28,945 nt of DNA from NCBI GenBank assembly GCA_045837725.1, contig JBEWZL010000064.1, forward strand, positions 434,001 to 462,945. Reading direction: 5' to 3'. The notes below the pieces were generated by a model that was not told where the DNA came from, did no database searches, and was given only the letters and a program-made list of their open reading frames with translations. The position numbers and the translations under genes are program-made. Within the stretch, counting starts at the first letter, position 1. Each line of letters starts with the position of its first letter. This DNA comes from Vermamoeba vermiformis (taxonomy: Eukaryota). This document shows positions 12,813 through 22,386 of this stretch, piece after piece.

Positions 12813-13194
12813 CGTCGGGAAATTATTTCTGATCTGTGGGTGACAAACAATTAAATAATGATAATAGTATTTTATTATAAAGCAATAAATTAAATAATAA
12901 TTAAATCCTTTCGCTGATCTGCCAGAGCACGAAAATTTTTGAGGGATCCTCGTTTTGCGCACATTTAGAGACAATAATAATAATATTAATAACTTACATA
13001 TTATTGGTGCTAATATAATCGAGAGTAGTTTCCTTCAGTTGTGCGATCTAATTTCAAATAAACTTTTCCTAACCGCAAAAACTGTCTTCTTCTCCGAGAT
13101 ACACGAGGAGATTTCTAAGAGACAAGCCGCTGTCAATAGTAATGACGGAACAATACATTATAGCGCTTGGCTTTAATGAACGCAGAATTTATTA

Positions 13195-15866
13195 TTAATT
13201 TGTTTTCTCTTCGTCCATTTTTTGTTCTGCGGGCGGATCTGCTTTTCTTTCTTCTTGGTTGTTGTTGCTAGTATTTTCTTGTTCAGTTGGATTATCCTCT
13301 GTTTTAATCTTAAAGAAGAACAGACCTCTCCTACATGCGTCAATTTCTTGTTGCAAAACTTCGTCTGATCCGTCTTTCCAGCTCTCGTGCGAGTTTTGTT
13401 TTTGCCACATCATCCTAGAAAAAAATAATCAGTATATTATTATAATAACTTTTGGCATATTTAGCAATTGAACAACGGAAAATAAATTTTTGATCTAAGA
13501 CGGGATGAGGCTTCGTTGCTTTGTTATAGTACTTACTTCTTGATCTTTGGCAAATTTCCATGTCCGGTAACAACGACTAACATTCCATTGCTCGGCATGT
13601 GCTCGTAGATGTTTTGAACGTACTCGTCAAACGATCTCAAAATACCAACGCACTTCTCATCGCTCAACATCTCCTTAATATCTTCATCAACTGGAATTAT
13701 TTTCATTTGTCCCGAGTGCGTGGCAATTTCACCTTCTTCGATTCCTTCAGCCACAGGAGGTTCGTCACCAGCCGCGGATGGCGCATCCTTCGACGTCCGA
13801 ACGCGATCTGAACTCATTTGTTAATAATGCTATTAACATAGTGGGCATATAAGATATTTTTACCTTGATAAAAGTTTTCAAGGCCGTGGAATTGTGCCCA
13901 AACTAATTTTGAAGCGTGATTAGGTTTGACTTGCGCAAGCACTTTCTTCATTGTCTATATAAGGAAATTAATATCAATGGCATTATAACATATTAGCCGA
14001 CTTCTACTTACTTCATCATCGCCTGCTGTAGGAATACAATCGACGGTAGAGTACGTGTGTTGTTTGCAAACCCACGAGTTATCAACAATACAACTGCGTG
14101 TGTTCGAGCTCACAGAAACAGATCTGAAAATACTTTCTGAATCAGGCTCTGTGATACCAAAACCAGGTCCGTTCTCAACTTTCAATTTGGCGAGTCTCAT
14201 CGCTGTGACTGCATCTTGAACAGAGTCGTGGCCTTGTCCTTGAATATCCGCGTGTAAGAATCGTTGTGACAAGAACCGCAATGAATTCTTGTAATTTTCT
14301 CCGCGCGAATGTGGGTACAGCAATGCAGTGTCAATAACTTTGTTGTAAATGACCTGGAAGGTAGCAAAAGTTAGCGGCGTGTCAAAGTGTCAAAGTGTCA
14401 TTTCGGATGTCACGTACATTTAACGCTTGCAGATCATTTTCTAACGAGTGACCGACGAGTACAGTATTGCTGTCAATAAATTTCAGCAAATCTTGTTGCA
14501 CGTCTTTCACTCTTCGTGTAATTCCTTGTAGCGACTCAGCTGTTATTCCGCTGTATCTGGAATGGAGATTAACACGTGATCGGTACAAGAATATTATAAT
14601 GTTGCATACCTAGTATTATAGTCCATAATAGGGTTCTCGGGCATAACGTATTCATCGTATAAAGTATTCAATTCTTCATCAACGACCGAGACTCTCGTCA
14701 ACTCAAATCCAACTTTGGTAATACACTAAGATACAGATATGTTAGTTCAAGATATTGCCTTATTATGGTAATCCTCACCATTTCGCAATCAATGGCAATG
14801 GCTTTTAATTTTGCGTCGGGATTGGGCGAAGGATTTTTCTTGAAGTGTTCTGTCAGGTTGAAAAATTCGCGACAAGCCATGGCGTTCGGCATTGGATAAT
14901 TATTTTCGTTCAATTGCGCTGGACTCAATAAATACTGACTCAAATCACTGCTTGGCTTTTCAGGCTCTTTTTGTTCCTTGCCGTTCGATTCTTTTGCTTT
15001 TACAGATTTGAACATAAACACTGAAATTGCATCGTAAACTCGATTATTACTACCTGCAAATATCATTTTGTCAGATTTAATCTCGCGTACGAGCTGCAAA
15101 TATTAATATTTTTACCAGGTGCTTTGCATTCATAGGGCTGCGTAAACAAAGCTCTCAATCCCTTATCTTGCGATAAAATATTATTTTCGGAGGCCTATAT
15201 AATAATTTTTTGTTATTAGTACGACTATGATTATTTATGGTACGAAGATCGAACCTTTTCGAACATAGCTTGCGAAAGTCCGGGAAGAGCCACGACGACA
15301 ACTTTTGAGATCAAAGCCTTATTTTTAACAAAAGCCCAACTGGGGCTCGTGCCATCGCCAAGTACCCATAATATGAGTGATTGAATGTCCTAAAAGGAAT
15401 GGGTGAGATCTAAATCCACGATCGAGCAATAATTCGAAAGTATTTTAGCTCACAAATGTCATAGAAATAGTGCATTAATACATACTCTAATTTTGATGTC
15501 ATTTTTCTTCACAGCTTCTAATTTAAGGGTAAGATCCGGTTTAGCGTTTGGTCCAAAAACGTCCAAATAACTTTTGTTGACATCAGACTTAGTATTTTGT
15601 TTCTTTTTGGGCTGTTCATCAGCAGGGTCTATTTCTGAGATTTTTCTCTTTTTGTTTTTATTTCTTTTTTTTCTTTTTCTTGCCTTCTAAATTGCATCTT
15701 GCCGTTAGTTGCCAATAAAATTAACGATCATTACGCGCCAAAATATGGCAATAATTTTGTACGCAATGTATTATTATTAATTCGCAGTTCGGATCTCAGT
15801 ACCTTGAGTCGGCGAATCCTTGATCGGGATCTGCTTTACTTCTTGGTCTTCCTCCTTTTTCTCCAT
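13195..15866 (-). CDS. DEDDh 3'-5' RNA exonuclease, REXO1/REXO5/SDN5 (Rex1-like) family
   Basis: ExoI AIDCEMC..K.GFELTRVSVVD, DYNTRYSGIT, ExoII LVGHSLENDL, VIDTALLY, ExoIII GHDSVQDA. N-terminal DIQSLILWVLGDGTSPSWAFVKNKALISKVVVV and a basic NLS-like tract. The junction of the first exon is uncertain. Confidence 0.9.
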
Positions 15867-15978
15867 CCGATTGAACAGTCTTAATAGCTTATTTAATGGA
15901 TGAGCAGCGGTGAATAGGAGGACAAATCGAACAAAAAGAAAAAATTGATTTTGTTGACTTTTGGCCGTTGCGCTGACC

Positions 15979-17448
15979 ATGAAACAGGCAGCAAAGAATA
16001 ATTTACATGGAATTACAGTAGACAAGGACCATTTAGTAATAAGATTTGATGCTGAAAAGAGTGGAATTAAAGCCGTTTGCCAAAGATCTTGGCAAGCAAG
16101 CATGCAAGATAAAAAGATTTAGTTTAATGAAACTATGGACAACTGTTGGGGAAGAAATACCGGATATTACGAGGAAAAAATACATCGTCAAAGCTTTATG
16201 TAAAAATACGTCAATAACAGCGCTAGATATTGATTCATCCGGAAGTAACGAGAAGATGCAGAATATTTGAAAGCGATTACGACCAATCCAAAATCATCTA
16301 TAAAGGTTCTATGCATCAAAATACCGACTAATTTGATGACGACTAATTTTGAAGAGGCTTTTGTTGGACTAAAACTCACCGATCTCCGAGCAGTTATTAG
16401 CAACACGCTAGATATCACAAGGTTATTAAATATATGGGCTGATATGGGCACATTACAAACATTTTCTTGTCAAGGCCAAATTCCGACCAACGCACTCATG
16501 CACTTATTGAAGGAAAATCAAGATCTAGAGAACGTTACTATCGCGTGCTACAGGCTGTCATATTTTGACCTTGGAAAGACCGTTGGCACAACACTTCAAA
16601 TAGCTCAAACATTAGCAGCGTTGCCTAAAATCAAAACACTAAACCTGCAATTCGATCTGTCTCCCGAAGAAACTGAAGCATTAATTGTTGGACTGAAGGA
16701 TAATAAGACTATTACAGAGCTCGGAATAGATCAATATTGGCTCGTTCACGACTTTAGAAGTTCCGTTTCAAATAAGATTGCAGCGCTGTTGTCCCTGAAG
16801 TACGCGTTACTAAACTTCAAGCATAATAAACTAACTCATTATTGTAGGTCATTGCACACTCTTCGTATGACCAACTTCAAAGGATTGACTTACTTCACTG
16901 GCACTAAGATAGAGCTCCTGGACTTCTCTCCGCTGTTCAAGATGACAGGCACCATCAAAACACTCGACTGTTACTTCGCACCTTTTGACACTAGCAAGTT
17001 GTTCCAAGTGATTGAGCAAGGCACGTGCTTAGAGCAAATCATTTTGCAGCACGACGAAAATATCAGCTTTGCACGAGATTTATTTGAAGTTTGTCGACGA
17101 AGAAATCCATTCATAATGATCGTGACAAAAGGACTGAGATTGACTCCAGAGAGATCTGCCTTAAAAAAAGCACGAGTGAATTTATTCAGCCGCTTATTGA
17201 CATTTAGAGTGCTCCTGCTAGCTGGAACAAAGGAGCCCGTTTTGCTAACTCAACTACCTCCCGAGATCTTGCTCATGGTCTTGGCGCACATTGTAAGCCC
17301 TGTGGAGATTTCGCACGCTCACAGTGTGCGGGATTACTTGGCTCTCTTGCAAACAAGAATTTCTCTATCCGGGAGTGCTGGAGTCGGAGCTTTTTTTTTG
17401 CGGCGTCGGTCAACTGCGGCCCGCTTAGCTCAGTCGGTAGAGCGCTAG
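15979..17448 (+). pseudogene. Apparently intronless RNI-like LRR protein with a C-terminal F-box-like motif; two frameshifts (pseudogene or assembly error)
   Basis: Three overlapping frames (15979-16122, 16046-16270, 16267-17448). LRR-like units ALCKNTSITALDI, LAALPKIKTLNL and GLKDNKTITELGI. F-box-like LTQLPPEILLMVLAHI near the end. The unspliced frame only stops inside the tRNA. Confidence 0.55.
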
Positions 17449-17491
17449 GCTTTTAACCTAGTGGTCGGGGGTTCGAGCCCCCCAGCGGGCG
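17419..17491 (+). tRNA. tRNA-Lys(UUU)
   Basis: Full cloverleaf: GCCCGCT/AGCGGGC acceptor, GCTC/GAGC D arm, CTAGG-CTTTTAA-CCTAG anticodon arm (TTT 17452-17454), GGGGG-TTCGAGC-CCCCC T arm. No intron and no encoded CCA. Confidence 0.97.
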
Positions 17492-17496
17492 TATTC

Positions 17497-17509
17497 TTTT
17501 TTCCTTTTT
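17497..17509 (+). terminator. RNA polymerase III terminator of tRNA-Lys
   Basis: TTTTTTCCTTTTT a few bases after the discriminator base. Confidence 0.8.
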
Positions 17510-17849
17510 GCCCTGGTGGACCACCTTCGCCTGAAAGACTAGCGCTCATTAGCGCAAGCGGTACAGCAGTTCAACGACCTCCAAACTTGATCACTTTTGC
17601 AACAGATCTCGGGTTGTTGGATCTTGTCTTATCGACCAGGTTCGACCACTTGGAGAGCTTCAAGGCCAGTTTCGGTATGTCGAGTTGCACTTTACTGTGC
17701 TTTCATCAAGTAATGAAAGGACGCATTTCTTTTCGTTAAAGCTTACTTCAGTATCTACGAGTAACCCCCAAATCACTTTTGACACTTCTTTCAGTTTGAT
17801 TCAGTTTCTCTGACTAGAACACAGTTCAACAAGTGAAGTCTCGATAACA

Positions 17850-19616
17850 ATGTTAGTTAAACTGCTTTGTTTCGTTACCTTCCTGGCGTTCGTTTTCAGA
17901 GCGGATGCTGCTTGTGGAAGTACTCTGTCCACTTCCATTACTAGAAGTGATGTTAATAGTACTCTAGAGTACTTATACGTATTATCTCAATATGGTGTCA
18001 CAGTAGCTAGTGTAAGTTAAAGCAATGGCGATAAAATCCTTTTTACTTAATCCGCAACTGTCACAAAAATCTTTAAATCTTTAAACCGCTGATCATCTTA
18101 TAAATACGTATTTAATTACTATAATAATAATACTTTTATAGGGCAATGAATTAACTGTCGTGTGGAACGGAACGGATGCAGGAGAAGTTGAGAGCCTCGT
18201 AATAGCTGGCCAAAGCGCTAATATAACCCTTGTTGATGGTACAATATCCACTCCTACGCGTCAAAGAGTTCTTTCGGCAGCAGATCGCTCGACCGTTGGA
18301 CAAACAATCAACATCTTAGCTCTGATTCTTAGTAAGTCTTAATAAGTGCTAATAATACACCCAAAACGGAGGCTAAATCGGTTTTATTAATAGGTTTAGG
18401 TGCGATGCAGTATTTTCGCAAAGGTAATGTATTGCCTTAATCATTAAAAAGCAAAAAGTATAATATTAATTTAAAATTTACTAGGCTTCGGTTTGCTCGT
18501 TATTATCATTGCACTTTCGATGGCCAATTTGATCAGCTCCACCGCGTTTTCGTCCGCACCTTGCCCAGATGCGACCGTCACTCTTCAAATCCCTGAAGCC
18601 ACCATTCGATTCATCTGTATCAACGATGAGCCATGCATATGTGGTCCAGGATACTCAGGAAATAACTGCGATGGCCCTTCAGTTCCGATCTCGGCTCCGA
18701 CGAATCCGCCAGTCAGTCCTACTTGCAGCGACAATACTAAGAACGGCAATGAAACCGACGTCGATTGTGGTGGCTCCAAGTGTCCCAAATGTACCCCTGG
18801 CAAAACTTGCCTGATCAACATGGATTGCGACAGCGGGGTATGCACTGATCATGTGTGCCAACGTAAGTATATATATATTCATAAAGTGCTAATCACTAAT
18901 AATAGCACTTAATTTGACGAGCTCAAACGTACTCGTACACAGCTCGAATCTGATCCGGATCGCTAAGTTTATTTTTTTAGAACCTACTTGCTTCGATACA
19001 GTGCTGAACGGAAATGAAACCGACGTCGATTGTGGCGGTACAAATACCAATCAATGTCCCCTTTGCATTCCAGGACAAAAATGTTTGAATGGAACTTACG
19101 ACTGCGATAGCTTTGTTTGCCAAGCTGGCATTTGTCAACGTAAGTACTACTACTACTGCTTGAATTTTTATAATTATTATTTCGATGAATTAATAGTAAT
19201 GTATGAATTTAGAGCCGACGTGTACTGATAATGTTCGCAACGGCAACGAAACGGATCTTGATTGTGGCGGCAAATGTCCCAAATGTGGCCTTAACCAAGG
19301 CTGCAATAGCAATTCTGATTGCGGTACTAACTTGGTGTGCGGTTCAGATTTCCATTGTATTAGTAAGAAGAATTATTTTTTTTGAAATTTCAAAACTAAA
19401 AGGTTTTTTAGGTGTGTGCAACGATGGCGTACAAAATAACTCAGAAACCGATATTGATTGTGGTGGCTCTTTTTGCGCCGCCAGGTGCATTAAGGGCCAG
19501 AAATGCTGGACAGGATCTGACTGCCAAAGCGGCCAATGTCTCAACCTTAAATGCGGTAAGTACCACATCCGTTCTTTTTTAACTTTTATGTAAATATTTT
19601 CATCGAACTAGCTTGA
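17850..19616 (+). CDS. Secreted/membrane protein with an EGF-like motif and four Cys-rich (C.D...N..ETD.DCGG) repeats (8 exons)
   Basis: Signal peptide MLVKLLCFVTFLAFVFRADA. Internal hydrophobic hairpin. CICGPGYSGNNC. Four repeats such as PTCSDNTKNGNETDVDCGGSKCPKCTPGKTCLINMDCDSGVCTDHVC. All junctions are in frame. TGA at 19614-19616. Confidence 0.85.
18718..19554 (+). repeat. Four tandem Cys-rich protein repeats separated by phase-1 introns
   Basis: Repeat cores (GAAACCGACGTCGATTGTGG and variants) at ~18751, ~19016, ~19248 and ~19444. Confidence 0.85.
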
Positions 19617-19877
19617 CACATCCCATTCCCTAAGAGCAAAAAGATGGATCTTGTTGAAACATAGCTCTTACAAAATAAAATCGCATCCATCAATATTTCA
19701 GAAAACTACCAAGATTAAGGATTGTCGATGCGCAGTCAGATAACTCGCCTGGCACTGGTTTCGTATTTTAAGTTTTGGCGGTAACAACCAAATTTGGGCC
19801 TGAAAGTGCATTTGTTAAATCTTCTACACTCTGCCGTTCAACTCTTATGTTTTAACGCAATATTAACTACACTAATA

Positions 19878-19960
19878 ATGCTATTCGAACTGCTTTGTCT
19901 CGTTACCTTTAGCGGATTTTGTACTGGAAACATTTGTCGTAGGATCTGATTGCCAAAGCA
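19878..19960 (+). pseudogene. Decayed, internally deleted remnant of a paralog of the Cys-repeat gene
   Basis: 19878-19909 matches 17850-17881 at 27/32 nt. 19941-19959 matches 19512-19530 at 18/19 nt. No continuous frame. Confidence 0.65.
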
Positions 19961-20281
19961 ACTTCGAGTCTAGTTGTAACCGTGCTATCCATAACACTGG
20001 TACTAATGGATATGCGTCGAAACATGCTTGCAATGAACAACGTCAGTCTCGGCACCATTTTCCGTGTTCGGAGTTCAGGCCCGATAAACAAAAATCTCCC
20101 ATGTGATTCACCCTATATGGGTTATCACCTGTCAAACGTTGTTTTCCAAATCTGGAATGTGTCATACCCCGAACAAAATCTGCGTTTCTCGTTTTGACAA
20201 TATAAACGACGTATCATCAACAAGACCACTAAAGTCGCTTTTGTGGGTCTTTCCAAGGTTAATTTCGTAGTGGATCCAGAA

Positions 20282-22237
20282 ATGCAAAGTTTCAACACTC
20301 CACTGTCTCGACTTGGTCTTATAAATATTCTAATAGTGCTAGTAACACTAATATCTATATCGCACGGCCAGTCTTTGGCGACGGCTGTTTTTCAGCTGGG
20401 AAATGGATCAAGCGTACTCATGGATTGTGTCCAGATTCTCTACCAAGGTAACGTTCAACCCGGACTAAAGATATGACGCTCTTTAATATATATTATCATA
20501 TTATTTATTTTTAGTAATTTGGGTCATTTTAATGACCTTGCTATCTTCGGCGATTGGATCCGACGGCGTATTGGCATTGCAAATGGGAACTAATGATTTT
20601 TTAATTTATAGGTGGCATCCAAGAACCTCTTGTTATGAATATTACTGGAGATGTTACTAAAGAACTAACGCAAGCAAATGGTCGTATTTTTATGACCCGA
20701 CATCCACTAGCTACCGATGATATGTATTTAGAAGCTCAAAATCGGGGTGCGATAGCCGTACTACGATTAGACCCGACTTATTGTAAGTGAAAATTCGTAT
20801 ATTAAGTAATTGTTTATCATTATGACTCACATCCGATGCACAATTTTGAGATCAACAAATCCAGTAAACTAACTCCTTGGATTTCAGATATTGGAGGCTA
20901 TCTAAAGTATAGATTCGATAATAAGGATATTATAAAACAAATATCGGTTATATTATACGAGTTTGGCTTGCCAGAAACATTCGCTTTAACGGATTTGTAC
21001 GAAGATCCCGGAATTGTAAATGTTACGATAATTCCCGTGGACAGTAAGTAATACTTATATTACATATCTTATATATTTACGCATTTCTATAGGTGGATAT
21101 AATCCTTGGGACGTTTCTTTCACTAGTCCTGGATATTACTTTTGGACAGGTTTGAACCCTTAAGAAATTTCATGCAGAATCGAATAATTTATATTAATAT
21201 CTTTTGATTTAGCCTTACTTGGAGTATATTGTCTCGTAAATATGAGTCTTTGTATTTGGAAGATGAAACTGTTCATTCGGTTCTACGGCGGATTCAAAAT
21301 TTCGATTTCGCTCTTCATTTTGATGATGGAATTGCTTGCAAATACGAGTAAGTGCCCATATATATATAATTTCATATGATTAACTATTGTAGTTCGTTTG
21401 ATTGCTATGGTGGATCTTGTAAATGGAAATTGGATCTATTCTGAAAAAGTTGCTGTCGCATTGAGCGAACTATCGTTACCTTTCGCTATATCATCATTTA
21501 TGCTGTTATCGCTCTATTGGCACGAGATGATGACTTCATCAGCAGTAGTGGTGCATCCGTTCGTTACAAAAATGCGAATTCCGTTCTTTGCTATGGCTGA
21601 CTTCCTATTGGCTATTCAACTGCTAAGAATATTGCTACGAAGTTGGACTGATATAGAAAGCTTACCTTTTCTTACTGGTACGTTTTCCTTCGTCAGATCT
21701 GGATTCGCTTAATTTTCATTCGCAGCCGTGGTCTATGCTGTTGTCGTATTAGCATTGGTTATATTCTATACTATAACCGGCATCAAGTTGTTGATGAGAT
21801 TGAAGCAAAGTAAGAGCTTAGGAAGACACGTCAAGCTGCGCAAGGTCGAAGTTTCCTTTTATGGAAAGATTTGGATTTCCTAACTTTCTCTTCCTTAGAC
21901 TACTATTAAAATCATGGTTAGTGCTCTATTTTTGCTACTTTTCTTAATCATCGCTGCTCTATTCGCAACTGGTTTCGCGTACTATCCCGTTAGTAAGTAC
22001 TTCAAAATTTTCTCCGAAATAAGTTTGTATTAAAAATCACTTACCAATCGAATAGAATATATGATCGTATGGTACGCCAACTTCACTTTCCTGAGCTCGA
22101 CATCGATGATGAATATTTTGGCGTTCGAACTACCCCAAGGCACTGCATCCACACCAAAGACTTCTTCGGCTTCTGGAACCACTTTAACGAGCCCTAGAAA
22201 TGGTCCAACTACTGAAAGTAGTAACCATGTACTGTAA
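20282..22237 (+). CDS. Seven-transmembrane receptor-like protein with signal peptide and PA-domain-like ectodomain (9 exons)
   Basis: Signal peptide ending SHG. YLEAQNRGAIAVL is PA-like. NVTI...NPW precedes seven hydrophobic segments (including FMLLSLYWHEMM) and a Ser/Thr-rich tail. All exons are in frame. TAA at 22235-22237. Confidence 0.8.
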
Positions 22238-22386
22238 CATAATATAACTTACAATTATAATAAAAAGGAATTAATCAACCACGGGATCGCGGTCGATTGG
22301 CAAAGAAATAGAATGGCGCCTTAATAATTGACTGTATGAATGTTCATAATTTGAATTTAATATACTTACAGCTTCGATAGATAACA

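Noticed and set aside
17638-17650. Extra B-box (GGTTCGACC) downstream of the tRNA
   Set aside because: Incomplete match, no A box or cloverleaf, ~150 bp from the tRNA.
17461-17739. 92-aa ORF starting inside the tRNA
   Set aside because: GTG start lies within the tRNA T arm region and reads through the terminator; no support as an independent gene.
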